Source: Lingula anatina (Eukaryota; Animalia; Brachiopoda). From it: a stretch of DNA of 64,000 nt. This document shows positions 1-14,285 of this stretch, in pieces; the first letter of the stretch is position 1, and the number at the start of each line of letters is the position of its first letter. Location: assembly GCA_051362555.1 (NCBI GenBank), contig CM120644.1, positions 19,242,534-19,306,533 of the forward strand. The letters are read 5' to 3'. The notes beneath the pieces are model-generated. The model saw only the letters and a list, made by a program, of their open reading frames with translations, was not told the origin of the DNA and did no database searches. The position numbers and the translations under genes were made by a program.

Positions 1-2395
1 TATCACAGATTTTTATTGATGTTAATTATCATTTCTTTAAAGATCATAAACATTGGACAAGATTTGACAAAATTATTAATGTTTAACTATTTTAAGGCCT
101 GCAATTTGCCAGTCTCTTCAATGTAATTTTCAGTTTCCCAAATATATTGTCCAAATAAACACTTTTCATTAAACATAGTCAACTGATCAGCTTCTCTCAG
201 ATTTTAATTGTTGTTAAATATTATTTGTACAAATTTCATAAACATTAGACAAGATTTGACAAAATTATTAATGTTTAACTATTTTAAGGCCTGCGATTTG
301 CCAGTCTTTTCAATGTAATTTTCAGTTTTCCCAAATATTTTGTCAAAAAAAAAAAAAAAAAAAAAAACACTTTTCATTAGTCACAGTCAACTAATCAGCT
401 TATCACAGATTTTTATTGATGTTAATTATCATTTGTTCAAATTTCATAAACATTGGACAAGATTTAACAAAATTATTAATGTTTAACTATTTTAAGGCCT
501 GCGATTTGCCAGTTTTTTCAATGCAATTTTCAGTTTTCCCAAATATATCCCCAAAAAAGCTTTTCTTTAGTCACAGTCAACTGATTAGCTTATCACAGAT
601 TTTCATTCTTGTTAATAACCATTTGTTTAAATTTCAGAAATAATGAACAAGATTTAACAAAATTATTAATGTTTAACTATTTAAAGGCCTGAGATTTGTC
701 AGTCTTTTCAATGTAATTTTCAGTGTTCCAAAATATATTTTCACAAAAAACACTATTCAGTAGATATAGTCAATTGATCAGCTTATCACATATTTTTATT
801 GTTGTTAAGCATCATTTGTACAAATTTCAGAAATGTTAGACAAGATTTGACAAAATTATTAACGTATAACTATTTTAAGTCCTGCAATTTCCCCGTCTTT
901 CCAATGTAATTTTTAGTTTTCCCGAATATGTATTGTCCTAAAAAACACTTTTCAGTAGATACAGTCAACTGATCAGATTATCACAGGTTTTTAATGTTGT
1001 TGAGCATCATTTGTACAAATTTCAAAAATATTGGACAAGATTTGACAAAATTAATAACGTTTAACTATTTTAAGTCCTGCGATTTCCCAGTCTTTTCAAT
1101 GTAATTTTTAGTTTTCCCAAATATATTGTCCTTAAAAACACTTTTCAGTACATACAGTCAACTGATCAGCTTATCACAGATTTTTAATGTTGTTGAGCAT
1201 CATTTGTACAAATTTGAGAAATATTGGGCAAGATTTTACAAAATTATTAACGTTTAACTATTTTAAAGCCTGTGATTTCCTAGTCTTTTCTATGTAATTT
1301 TTTAGTTTTCCCAAATATATTGTCCTAAAAACACTATTCATTAGACACAGTCAACTGATCAGCTTATCACAGATTTTTATTGTTGTTAAGCATCATTTGT
1401 ACAAATTTCAGAAATATTGGACTACATTTGACAAAATTATTAACATTTAACTATTTTAAGTCACTGAACTTCCTTTCTTTTCAATGTAATTTTCAGTTCT
1501 TTCAGTTATATTGTTCTTTTTCCAGAGTACCCTTACCATGAAAAAGCAGGCAGTGAAAGACAGCACCAAGAGCAGCACTATGTCTTATCCATGTGTACAA
1601 TACATGATATTTGGCAAGATTTAGGACATTGTCAAATAATGTGATAACAACAACCCCTCCCAGAAACCCATTGTAAGGAGTAATCTGCATCTGGCATTGG
1701 TAGTAAGGAGAAGTCTTGTATGGGTATATATTGTTTCCAGATGACAGTTATAGGTAATTTGCAACCTCTTAAACAAATAACCTCAAATCATGACATTTGC
1801 TGTTTTCTTTTAGAGTAAATAATACATTGCAATATTGAAATATGTTTTGGTTAATTCTCACTCCTCTGATGATCAATTTCCCATAAACTTGACACTTAAA
1901 AGAAGACAGACAACTGATCAGCTTATCCCAGATTTTTATTGTTGTTAAGCATCATTTGTACAGATTTCAGAAACATTGGACAATTTTTTTTTTTAAATTA
2001 TTAACGTTTAACTATTTTAAGTCATGGAATTTTGCATTGTTAATTTTCAGTATAATATTCAGTTTTCTAAAAAAAATATTATCCGAAGACAAGACTTTTC
2101 ATTAGTCACAGTCAAATGATCAGCTTATCCCAGATTTTTATTGTTGTTATGCATCATTTGTACAAGTTTCAGAAATATTGGACTAGATTTCACAAAATTA
2201 TTAACGTTTAACTTTTTTACGGCCTGGGATTTCCCAGTCTTTTCAATATAATTTTCAGTTTTACCAAATATATTGCTTCAAAAAAATCTTTTCATTAGTC
2301 AAAGTCAATGGATAAGTTTACCATAGTTTTTTATCTTTGTTAAGCATCATTTGTACAAATTTCATAAATATTGATGAAGATTTGACAAAATTATA
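1..2395. repeat. ~180-bp AT-rich satellite array (copy A) with one embedded exon-like cassette
   Basis: The monomer CAGTCAACTGATCAGCTTATCACAGATTTTTATTGTTGTTAAGCATCATTTGTACAAATTTCAGAAATATTGGACAAGATTTGACAAAATTATTAACGTTTAACTATTTTAAG... recurs about every 180 bp and is interrupted at ~1490-1910 by a different unit. The array runs off the left edge of the window. Confidence 0.95.
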
Positions 2396-3323
2396 TATTA
2401 TATTTGTATTTTGGTTCGTTTGCAAAGTCGTCTTTAGAAAATTCGTACATTTTTTCAAGTACATACACCATTAAAAGCTCTTTTACTATTTAAAATTCTC
2501 CCTTTGAATGACTTAGTATTTTAGGCTGGTTTATTATAATCATCAAAAATATTTGCAAAAAATACATCTTAATTTTAGATTAACTTTTTGGATCGAAAAG
2601 TACCATAGATCACAGCGATTGTCCCAAGAGAGGATTGAAGATTAATCCAGCGAACTTTGTAAGTATATTTTTTGGACTTCATTTGAAAAAAAAATACATC
2701 TGTCTTTTTTAGAAACCACTTTATTTTCCTATTAAATATAATTTTCAATGGAAATTGGTCCAGAATAACATAGTTAAAACAAGTTTTGTCTTCCTTTAAA
2801 TTTCTGTATACTGTCCTTCTTAAATTAACAATAAAATTTTGAAATGCAGCTGTGGTGAGATTTGACACAAATGATTTTTTAAGATATTTAAGAAATAAGT
2901 GATTTTATAGTTCTTTAAAGTGCTATATATCAATAATTTTATGTGCCACTTTGAATAAATGGAAATTTGTTGAATCAGTTTTTATAATATTTCAGGTGGT
3001 CCTACAGAGTGGACAAGAAGCAGAAGCAGGCAGGACCTGCCTAGAAGGGATGGACCTTGTTTTATTTTTTATTTGGTTAGTAAAGTACAATATATGACTG
3101 CAATATCATGTTTGTTGTTGATAAACAGATTTAAGAATATTTCTGTTCAGTGACAGAACAGTCACTGAACAATTTCAAAAAAAGATAATTGTTACTGTTC
3201 TTACATGCCATTTACAATTTAAAGATATTTGCATATGACTTCAAGTGTAACTCAAAACCTGTCTTTGAAGAATTAATTTAATTTAATGATAGATTCAATT
3301 TAATTGTCTATTGTATTTTTCAG

Positions 3324-5066
3324 CTGAGGAGACAGTAAAACCCACACCAAGTCAGACATGTCCTTGCAAGAATGGTGTCAAATGTAAGCCAGATCCAGAA
3401 ACTGGTGTGTTTGTGCTTGAATAGTAAGTATCTGGGTTAGAAAAACAATTATGATAAAGAAATTGAAAATGTTGTTGTAATTGAGACGAAAACGTGATTT
3501 GTGTCAGTAATCAAAAAGCACAGCAAACACATGACGATTTTAATAGGAAGAGGAAATATAGTTGGTGCCAAGCTGATGATTTTACAAATCAAAAATACAT
3601 TCATGGAGTTTGTGGAGATGAAGAAAACCAGGGTTTGCTGTTGTATACTGGCTGTTTATCTTGTGAAATCTACCCAAGTTTATGAATTGATATAATTAAA
3701 GAAAAATGCAGCATGGCTTGCCTACATCTGAAATGGTGGAGTGATGTTTTTGTTTTTATTTTATTTAAAGTCAATATTTTTGTCACTCTGTATTTAAATA
3801 AATTTGATCAAATTTCAGACTATTATGGGGAATACTGTGAAAAGGAGCCTTCAGCATTCACTGGAGCTGATGCAAGTTCATGTAAGTTAATACTACACCA
3901 TAGAATCTTTTTCAAGATCCTTTTTGAGGTTAAATTTGAAAAACTGTAATTGCTTTTGAATTAAAATTTCATTTTGTTGATTATGTCTGGTATTCATATC
4001 ATATCTCAAGTAATGAAGCAATTAAAAGTAACAGTTAATTCATCAAAGGGTTACCTGGATGTGGGAGATGGTTTGTTTGCCCCACTTTACCTAGAGATAT
4101 ACTCTGATTAGACTTTTTATAAAATTTTCTGTATTTATATTTCTGAAAATTTCTCTACTTGTACTCCATGAATATCATTTGTTAAATAAGATTAATATTT
4201 GCTATCCCCGTAATATTTGCCATCACACTAAGAAATATTCATACAATGGATGAAAAGATTTGAACTTTTTATTCTGTACTTAATATTTGTATATATTAAA
4301 TATATATTCTTCGGGGGGGGGGGGGGGGGGGGGGGGGGGGATAGTCCTGATACTGTCTACATCTTAATCTATAATGATATCAAACAATTCCCCTGCATAT
4401 TGAAATAGTTGTTGCTATGATTTCAGTAAGAACAAGGCCCTGCATTCCAGTGGTGGGGGCGAGTTCAGACTGGGGCACCTGCAGGAACGGTGGCTTTCCA
4501 TGGAAAAAATGTTGTGGCCATCAGCATGCCAGACTTTGTATATGACAGCTCTGTGGCACAGAATGGGGTAAACATAGTCACTTATTGTATAGAAATGTGA
4601 TTAGTAAAAGATTTAAGGGTTCAAAAGGCAAAAGACAGAAGATTCAGAACTTTGAAGTATTCAGTATTTTGCATGTATAGTAGAAAAGCATATCTATAGC
4701 TTGGTCTTTTTTTTCAAATTGCCAGTAAAAACATTTTGCATTAATGCTTCGTTAACTGGAAATTTTCTTTTTATTCATTGGTTTAATGTGCTCATCTTTT
4801 TTCTCATAGGATGCAATGGTACCAGAATACAACAAAATGGAGAATTTTGAAGACTGCAACAAACCGACCAATTTCTACCACTCAATGTATGACAGTATAA
4901 CAGGATTAGAACCTGCTAAACCACCTTATAAAAGGACATGACCAGCTACACTCACTCCAATGGGGTACCAGACAACCAGTCATCAGAGATCACAGTCCAT
5001 ATACTAGTACCACAAAAAGAACTCTGTCCTTCAGTAACGGAAAACCATTATGACACTAATGTTTAA
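3324..5066 (+). pseudogene. LRP2/megalin-like LDL-receptor family C-terminal exons, decayed (copy A)
   Basis: AG/GT-bounded exons: 3324-3423 (EETVKPTPSQTCPCKNGVKCKPDPETG.., EGF), 3819-3881 (YYGEYCEKEPSAF), 4427-4567 (GTVAFHGKNVVAISMPDFVYD) and 4810-5066 (TNFYHSMYD, a decayed FxNPxY motif). Frameshifts are present and no transmembrane exon was found. Confidence 0.75.
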
Positions 5067-5639
5067 GTCATTAATGCAGATTTGTGAAACCAAAGATTTT
5101 TTGAGCATGAAATTCTTGATGATCATTCCACAGATGAGGCAAGGATCAGGAGAAAATCCAAAATAGCACTTTGCAGTTTGTTTTAATACATTATCATAGA
5201 AATACATCTGTGTTGGCTTCCTTGGTGTACTCAACATTCCAAGAACTTTTGTTTTGGTTCAGAAAAAGGATAGAAGACAAAAGTATATTTTACAGTATAC
5301 AAGACATGTTGATGCTTTTCCAAACTGGCTTTAAACTGTGTGTCATTGTGTAATGTAACCTCAGTTAAACAAGAACAATAATAATGATGATAATAATTAT
5401 GTAGCAGAAAGTCCATGCTGGTTTAGGTTTTCATTTTTGTTATTAGGTCTTGGGTAATACCGGTAATATATCATATAACCTTTGCCCAACAAAACGGGTG
5501 CTGTTCAATGATAAGTTAAAGTGTAATGTTAGATTTTCTATTCATCGATCAAGAAAAAGTACTGAGTAATCAACAAGAGTTGTGGATTTCATAACAGCTT
5601 TACACTGCCTAAGTTTCTCCCTCTTCTGTATCTACAGTA

Positions 5640-6825
5640 GGAAAATGGTGTGATAGACGAATCTCAAGCTGGATTTCGCAAGGGGTATTCGACAACAGAT
5701 AATATCTTTAGCCTTCGAGCAGTCATCCAAACATATTTGTCAAGACAAAGGTCGGCTTTATGTTTTCTATTTTTTACATAGATTTTTTAAAAGCTTATGA
5801 TAATTGTGTCCATGAACAACTCTGGAAAAGCTTGCGACGTAAAGGAATTCCAGACAACAGTAATCTACTATAAGTTTTTAAAACGATGTATAACCAACTC
5901 AAATCGTGTATAAAAACAAAATTGTCTTACTCCATTGTTCCCATGCGAAATTGGAACCAAACAAGGATGTGTGAGCTCTACGATCATCTTCTCTCTATTT
6001 GTGAATCATTTGGTCGAATACATGAAACTTAAATGTGGTAATGGAATCTTTATTACTGCAGACTTTACAGAATTGCATGCCTTAATGATTGCGGATGACG
6101 TCTCAACTATCGCGGAAACTGTTATTAAGCTACAAAGACAAATTAATTCAGTGAGTGATTTTTGAAATTTTTGAAACTAAATCTAGACAAATCCAAGATA
6201 ATGGTATTCAGGAGAGGCGGCGTATTAAAAATGTGAAAATGGACATGTAAAGGAAATAGAATTGAGGTCGTATCCAGTTATAAATATTAAGATTCTTATT
6301 CACTCCTCGATTAGCTTGGTCTGGAACGCAGGGACACTTGTCACTACAAGCGATAAAGGCATCTAACGCAATATTCCCCTGTCAAAAATATTTTGGATAT
6401 TTTGATTATCAAGAAGCCTTGAAACTGTTCGATGCAAATGTGAAACCGATTTTAATATATGCAGCAGAAATATTGGGATTTCAACAGTGCGCAAAAGATG
6501 AACAAATTTATGTTCCGTTTTTGCAAAAGAGTGGCCTGCTTAAATCAAAATGTGACAAATGTTCTAGCATTAAGCGGTAAACTCCCTCTTTATGTGTCAT
6601 ATATGACTAAATGTATTAAATACTGGGTCAAACTGTTAACCATGCCATCAGAGAGGTAGGGCCTACCCCAAGTAATGTTATATTATGTTACGCCCTTTAG
6701 ACACTGAAGGAAGGTCATCCTGGGCAACTTGCATTAAAAACGTATTATTTCATTATGGTTTTGGATACGCCTGGATAGCGAACGATATCGGGGATGCAGA
6801 GACGTTCTTAAGTTTATTTAGAACT
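5640..6825 (+). mobile_element. Non-LTR retrotransposon (LINE) reverse transcriptase fragment, decayed
   Basis: Translation across frameshifts gives IDESQAGFRKGYSTTDNIF, FIDFLKAYD, GTKQGCVSSTIIFSLFVNHL, LMIADDV, LNLDKSKIMVF and KLFDANVKPILIYAAEILG. It is absent from copy B. Confidence 0.92.
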
Positions 6826-7060
6826 AGGACTCTGTGCTCTTTGGTGGAAGCAAAACTTCGCCCGTGAGTAAACCCGTTTGTCTTCACGCAGGAAGCAACT
6901 CTGCAATTTTGAACTTTTAGATAATCAGAGTAAATTTTATTTTTTTTTAAATATTGATAAAAAGATTTATTTTACAACCAAAACCTGCTGCAGATTTTTA
7001 GCATTAAGAAGAAATTTTATCTATAAATAAATTTAAATGTTCATTTCAGATATTTGTTAC

Positions 7061-7742
7061 ATCCCCGTCACACTTGAGGCGGAATGAGCAAGAATGCCGT
7101 CGGAAAGACAATTCTTTGTGCGTTCCTGGATATTCGAAGAGAATTCTAAAAATTCCGAGTGCATTCCAAATATTTCTACCCATTCTTGTGACCAGCCCGA
7201 ATGTTTTGCTCATGTTAAAAACTTTCGAAGTGCATTTCAAGTGGAAAATTATCGAATGCCATTTGAATAGTATTGTAACTGCACTATGACTGCATTCTAA
7301 ATATTCTCACGGCATTCTGACAGCATTCGAAACATTCTGATCACATTCGAGGGAGAACCGAAATGGCAAGACACTTCAAATACTGCTAGAATGAGCCGAA
7401 ATGCAACTCGAATGCATCTCCATCCTATTTCAGCCAGCAATCGAACTCCACTTGTACGGCATTCGAAGTGTATTCTTAATATTCTGACTGCATTCTGACA
7501 GCATTATTGATATTCCTAGTTTTCCTACTACATCCAAACTGCATCTGAGAGCTAATACAGCTGAAATGTGCACAAATCATTCCAGGCGGATTCAAGCGCA
7601 TTCTGAGTAGTCCAACGGCATTCTTACAAGAATTTAGGTCAATTTGAAATTTCTTCTCGAATGTAGTTACGAATTTTAAAATTTAGTCATTCTGGCTGGT
7701 TCTGCTTGATTCCTGCTAATTCCGAATAAGTGTGACGGGGCC
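7061..7742. mobile_element. Non-autonomous DNA transposon/MITE, PIF/Harbinger-like ends
   Basis: Inverted ends CCCCGTCACACTT (7063) and AAGTGTGACGGGGCC (to 7742), the latter followed by TTA. The interior is rich in short GCATTC/GAATG repeats. Confidence 0.75.
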
Positions 7743-8559
7743 TTAAGTCTCATAGTTCTATATAAAACTTCCCTGTTATGATGTTTTTGTTATGTAGGCC
7801 TATCTCTCTATATATATGGGTGAGACATTAAGAAAATATCTTGGAAAAATATCTTGCTTAGGTGCTGAAGGTCCTTAAGTTTGAAAATGTGATGAAACGG
7901 GACATATTTCTGAGAAAGACACGCAATGATCGACAGATTGCTTAAATAGAAAAAGAGACGCAAAATACATCTTGATCTTGATTGTTGATTTAAACAATGA
8001 AAATTCATACAATACTCTAGAATGTCTAAACTGATTTGCCAATTGAGACTATGGAAGAAAAAGTGTTCATGTAAAATCATTCCAGTTATGTATGTAGAAA
8101 TACACAAAAAATATACAGCAACAATGCAATTCTAAAAATAAAGATGTGTTTAATGTCAACTCTGCATTTGAGGTGTAGAAAATATACAACAGTTCTTTCA
8201 AAAAACAACAACTGTAAACTTTCAAACGCTTGAAATTTCTTTATTCGAAAACATTACCATTTCTAGTTTATTTTGGACGATACCAGAGGATGTAGTAAAT
8301 TGGTTCGTGCCTCCCTTAACTTGAAATTTCTTTTATTTCTGTCTGTTATACTTAGATCTATTCGGGTAAATGGATACAGCTCATGACGTTGCATTTCATA
8401 ACTGAATACCTTCATGTGCGTTAGGGGTGGGTTTGGGTAATTTTCCTGTCTCATGGGTTTGGGGGGCACGGTTGCTCTGTATTACATGACAAAGGCTTAA
8501 GTTGAAATCGAGGCTTCTGTACGGAAGGTGGTCAAGTATATATTATTATGTAATCTAGG

Positions 8560-9650
8560 TGAGTATTTTGGTGAGAGGTGCTCAGAAAGGACCAAGGTCA
8601 GTAAAAGATGGAGAAGAAAGCCTTGTGTCTCATTGCCACAATTTCCACGAAATGATCGGAAATCTGGGACTGAAATTGCCATCGATCTGTTGTAAGTACT
8701 GTATAGATGGTGGAAGATAACATTGGTTATTTGGCGTTAACGATATTAACCAAAAAACGGTGCAATTTGCAAATAAGGCATCATGCCGACATTTTTTCTT
8801 GACGTCAACAATATTTTTCCCCTTAAAAATCCAAATTCAACTTGTTTATTCAAATTGTAAATAGTTTATTTTCTGTTAATATTTTCAGATGGAATGCATT
8901 TGCCAGAAAACGGGTGGTGAGAGATTTGCTCCAGCAGTGAACGCGTCTTCCGTCTTAAACAATGTAAGGAGATCTTGGCAGGTAACTTCATTCTTAAGTC
9001 CTAATTTGTTTTTTTTTTTAAATGAAAATCTACCCCAGCAAATCCCTACCCGCCAATGTGCACATGTCGTGACTATGTTGTTCTTCTTTCTAAGATTTCA
9101 TAAATGTTGTTTTTACTACCCTCCTGTCATATGTTTATTTCTAAAATTTCACTTTATACGTAATGCGAGGATCACTATCTTTTTAGTAGCACCACTGACG
9201 TGTGATTCTAAAGACACAGAATGTTGTCACGTTACAGTGTGTACACGGTGTAAAAGAATAGAAATTATATTGTTTGAAAGTGCATCTTTACATAGAACGT
9301 GTCAGCTCAGTATATGTAGGCCTATACAGTGTATTCGTCCAATTTTAAAGTTCAAAAGTGGTTTGTTGAATATTACTATCGAAATCGGATACCGTAAAAT
9401 TAATTGCTTAATTTAATCGCTCCATAGACATTGCTGACTCGTTGCTTTGTAAAAGTGGGTTTATTGTTTAATTTCAGTGACTCCACCGTGCACGAGAAGA
9501 TTGAATACGTTCTCCATCAATGACGTCAGACTCGTGTTCCACAGCGGCTGCATCCATGTCAAGATTACATGTCGCTTGTCAGAGTTTGTCTGCTAGTAAA
9601 TTTGCAGGGTTGAAACTTAATATAAAGTGTAATGTTTACTTTGGGTTGTG
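8560..9650 (+). other. Three exon-like segments of an unidentified spliced transcript or pseudogene (copy A; paralog at ~52560-53640)
   Basis: Donor after 8691 (T|GTAAGT), a 93-bp exon at 8889-8981 (TTTTCAG|...CAG|GTAAC) and an acceptor at 9478. All sites are retained in copy B (52698, 52886-52978, 53470). No recognisable product; an in-frame TGA is present. Confidence 0.4.
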
Positions 9651-11961
9651 ATTCGGCTGTAGTTATTTTCAAACTATCACCAAGTAGTGTTCGGGATGAG
9701 TACTTTGCTACACATGCATGTAGTAGTGGTTTATTTCCGTGTAGGTGTTGCAACATAAACAACAATGCACATGTAGGACGACCGGTTTTCTTTCTGATGG
9801 TAACATATTTGTGAGGACAAATCTGCAATTTGGCAGTTCTCCGCGAACAATTATTTATTTAAAATTGAATTCTAGTATTTATTTTGGTGATATTTAGTTT
9901 TGGAAAGAAAGAAAACATTCCAACCGTGTAAAATGCATTTATGGAAGTCTTTGGAAGTTATTGTTATATTGTCAAGTTGTCAAGTTATATTGTCAAGTAC
10001 GCGCCATATTTGATCCACGGACTAGATAGACGATGGTTCAACTGGTTGTGAACTCGGTCTAATGCTTTAGAAAGCGTCTGGAAGTTGCAGTGTGTGTTCA
10101 GTTGTTCTTCGGATGAAAAAAAGAGCGAGATGTGCATCCACCAAAAATCAATAATTCGCTGTTATTTGAATAATTATGCTTCAGAAATTGCAGCATTATC
10201 AAACTGGCAGAATGTGTCATTAGTATTGCAGAACTGTCCACATGTATTAAAACGATCTTTCTTAAGTTTGAATATGCGATTGTAACGCATATAATATAAA
10301 CTTCGTGTTTCAATGAGGGGAGGGGTCAAAGGTCACCCTGGTTTTAGAAAGAAACCAAGGAGTTGGAATTTTCCCGAAATTAATGTGCATTTGTTATTGC
10401 ACGAGTGGTAGGTTACAAAGGAAAATCGTTGTTACAGAAAATATTTTATTTCGGAATATTATTTACATTAAAGGTTCTATATAGAACTGACATTCATCAG
10501 AAGCTTTCACATGCTGAATTTTCGACAAAATTTTGACAAACTCAGATCAATCTTTTATCTGTCTCAAAGCCGATTTTTTTAGAATAATGAGTCCTAAGTT
10601 TGAGACTGCCAATTTCTGTCAATACTCCCAAAATAGAATGTGATATAATTTAAAGCGAAATTTATAGAAAAGTTTTTAAAACTAAAGAGACATTTTTCGT
10701 AAATTTACTTAGATTTTGGCTAACAGTTACTTAGCCAATTCTTTGAAAATTCATACAGTCATACAAAATTATCATACAAAGTTACTTTTTCATAGCATTT
10801 TGCTTCTTTAAACAAATAAATATAATTGTCTTTCTCTCAGTATAAAAAAATATCCAGAAGTGTTTAGATAAGCGCTCAGTTAAAGGTTGGCATTGTACTT
10901 AGTATTTTCATAGTTTATTCTTTGGTAGAGATCAAAGGGTGATTAATGAAGAACTTCTTATATGTCAGTCCTGCATGTCCTGTTGAATTATAATGCCGAG
11001 AGTCGCTAGATCACTTAATACCGGAGACCAGTCTTAAGTTTATTAGCATTGTCTTAGTAAGTGTGTATTTCAAGTAAACTCATATTTTCGTATTCTTTTC
11101 CGTTTTCTTTGAAATGGCTATGGTTGAAATAAGCTTTTAGTTGGTCATGTCATGTTGCCGTTTCTGATTCGCATGCTGTATAAATTTCAGTTTTCGCGCA
11201 AAGTTGTGCCATGAAGTACATATTTTAGGAATTAAGAAAATACGTTGATTTTGGGCATGACAATGTTAATCGATAAACTAAACAACCAGGAATCTTATAA
11301 AATTTTATTATTTTGTCTACCTATTTTTGTTTTGTGAACATCAGCAAGACGACATAGTGCTTGCATGTGGGTACATGTGTCGTGATAGGATGAGGTTATA
11401 TGCATATTGGATTTTCTATATCGATCACACCAGTGAATTTAGACAGACGTTATTATTATGATTTTTTTTTTTTTGTAATCTTTTGGTTAATTTTCCAGTT
11501 TGCCTGTAAATTTTGACAAAATCCTATAAATTCTACCTTCTTGTTGGTATTATGTCTATCATAGTATTCCTGAACTCCTTTATAAATTAAGGCTACGTCG
11601 GTCAAGTAAAAAATTTCCAATATGCATAGAATCTCGCCGTGTTGTACACTAGTTAGCTACAGAACCATTTTTGTATGTAAAAGCTTAATTTACATGTCAC
11701 AGTACGTTTTATGAATGCCATTAATGTAGAAGCAAAAAATATTCCAAGTTTTGTAATATTTTTGAAAACAATGCTGTTACTTTTTGTATTCATTTATGCA
11801 ATAATAAATGTGCTATATTGTTTTATGAGCAAAACAGTAGTTATTTTTCTTAACTACAGAATCACCGACTCCTTGCTATTCTGTGTTCGTAGCACTGTTT
11901 TGTAGTAGTTGAAATTGTTTATTTTGGTTTATTTTTGCAAAAGGTAATTTGCTGGGACCCA

Positions 11962-12033
11962 GCAGCGCCAGGAATCGAACCTGTAACCTTCTGTCTGAGA
12001 GGTAAGCGCGTTACCTACTCCTCTAACTGTTCC
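11962..12033 (-). mobile_element. tRNA-derived SINE head or tRNA pseudogene
   Basis: The minus strand reads GGAACAGTTAGAGGAGTAGGTAACGCGCTTACCTCTCAGACAGAAGGTTACAGGTTCGATTCCTGGCGC, with an A-box-like segment and a canonical B box (GGTTCGATTCC). The anticodon and acceptor stems pair poorly. Confidence 0.7.
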
Positions 12034-14090
12034 CACCCACCCTCCTCGGGTGGACTTTCTTCTTATAGTAACCAAAGGAAATTTTTAAAAAGTCCTTGGG
12101 AATTACTCGGTTTAATCCAAGTATGCGAGCAGGAAAGTGAACCCCAACCCGTGGGTACCAATGAACATGAAAGTACTACAACGCACTGAATTATTTTGGT
12201 ATTTCTTTATTAAGACCAACACAAAATTCCATTTCATATATGCATGCATACTGAACCATCTTAAAACATTGATTTGTGAGACTACATTTCTGAAAAATCT
12301 TAAGTTTTGAAGTTGGAATATAAAGATATACACAAAGTTATTGATATCTGCATTAGAACTCGCACAAAAATGTAACAAATTCAATCTATTTGATTTGACA
12401 AAATAAAATTATTAACTAAACTACCCGTGTTTGACCTCATTTTAATGAATATTAAAATATTAAAGAGAATTTTTCAGAATAAAACTTTTTCCTTTAAAAA
12501 ACAACGCCGGATCTGGTATCCATCCCACCTTTAACATCAGAAAAATCGAGAAGGAAACCCACTCTGGACTAACATTATCAAGTACACATAATGCTACAAA
12601 TTACCTAGAATTTCACAATTTAACCACATTTAAATGTACTGGATCCGACGTTGCTTTTTCTGTTTCTAAACATACGGTATTATAAGAATCATTTCAATAA
12701 CTAAATACCTACAATTATGAGCAATTCTACAACTCTCGTGCTGTGTTGTGCTATTAACCGAACATGAATGAACCTCACATAGCACATGTAGAGAGTAAAC
12801 ATTTTTGCACCTGCTGATCTATCTTATAAAAGTTATTGTTTTTTTTTTCAAAATTGAGCAGATTTTAAAAAATAGTATCAATAATTCTTTAAACTTTACA
12901 CGGAATCTAGATTTGTTTAAAAAAACATCACCGTCCCAGTTGCATTTTTACAAAGATCATAGTATACAAACTACGAGTCTGGACAGCAGACAATTAGAAC
13001 ATTAACAAGAACAAATATTTGAAATCAAGTATTCTAATCTCTTATCTGAGCATTTAAAGTAAAGCCAACGTTAAAGCCACATAGTGAGCGCTGGTCCCGT
13101 AAAAAGCAAACATTTTATTTTCCTAGAAATTTCATCAATAAATCAGTAAGATATACGGTATCCAAAAACAGTTCACAGCAATACGATTCATAAAGTCATC
13201 AAGTTTTCCTAGAATTTTTTACAATAAATAACCAAAGTGCATGGTGTCCAAAAGCAGATCACAACAATACGATCCATAAACTCATTTTAAGCTCCAAGCA
13301 AGTCTCTTTCATAATGAAAATAGAGAATGGTCAATTTCGCTCACGACGGGAAAAGTTGAAATTGACAACTCGAAAGCATGTTTAAATCGTAATGGAGTGT
13401 AACATATAACAAGCAGACTTTAAAAAACTTTTATACATCATACTTTTGTCAACGGCGTTAGATAAGAGTGTGCTTTGGTGATAAAGGGAAATTGCTCAAT
13501 TTTTCAGGATTTTACTCTCTAAGTCAAGGTCTAATGCGCACTATATGCCTTTGGATTAAAATAAAATCACGTGAATGTCAAGAGTGAAATTATTTTTATA
13601 TGCCGAGTTCAAAGTACTGATAACTAGAAATTAAAAATTGAGAATTTATTATTCAATGTAATATTCCCAATTAATTTTTACTGGAAAAAAGAACATATTT
13701 TTCATTATAGCTCTCAAGACATTAGCAAAAATATATCATTCAATGTAATATTGTCAACTTGTTATAGATTTTATTGGATAAAGGAATATATTTTTTGAAC
13801 GGTACTTGCTAACAACTTCAATAACTACATATTGTCCTACATATACTATCTTTAGTGTAGGTAAAAGAATCAGAAAGACACCACACGTAGAACATTTAGT
13901 GCTAAGACTACATCTACCAACGGAGTTCAGAATAGTTCACATGAAGTGCAACTGCATTCTTCATTTACATTGGATATGAAGAGCTGGCGAAAATGTGGAA
14001 GAAGCAAAATGGGGATAATAATGGGGTCTTTTCCAGTACCAGTTTTAAACATTCAGGCATCAAAACTGAATCACAAATAAGTTATCATCA

Positions 14091-14285
14091 AATAATAATA
14101 ATAATAATAATAATAAGATTCTTATATGGCGCCTTACATTCTATCTCAAGGCGCCTTACAATAATGGCTAATATACTAAAATCATTAAAATGACTACAAT
14201 ATTTTAATCATAAACTCTCATTGGAAACCATTTAAAATTTACACTACTAAAAATCAATCCTATTAAAAAAAAAAAAAAAAAAAAA
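14091..14285 (-). mobile_element. 3' end of an L2/CR1-type LINE or SINE with (TTA)n tail, copy-A-specific insertion
   Basis: The minus strand ends TGTAAGGCGCCTTGAGATAGAATGTAAGGCGCCATATAAGAATC(TTA)n, resembling L2-type 3' tails. Copy B has the empty site CATCAAATACCTAAC near 57800. Confidence 0.7.

Noticed and set aside
1502-1690. Recurrent minus-strand ORF MQITPYNGFL... (also at 38908, 40067, 40839, 41619, 43783) as a small gene family
   Set aside because: It recurs only because the cassette is repeated. Splice signals are on the plus strand, and the copies have differing ends and frameshifts.
2400-2870. Copy-A-specific segment with a 97-aa minus-strand ORF
   Set aside because: It has no ATG start or recognisable motif and is flanked by stops. 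It may be a transposon remnant, but this cannot be supported.
8889-9416. 175-aa ORF as a protein-coding gene
   Set aside because: It reads through a splice donor at 8981 into AT-rich intron-like sequence and is broken in copy B.
11962-12033. Functional tRNA, including a possible TCA-anticodon suppressor or Sec tRNA paired with the nearby in-frame TGA
   Set aside because: The acceptor and anticodon stems do not pair, the TCA register lacks the invariant U33, and there is no long variable arm. It fits a SINE head better.
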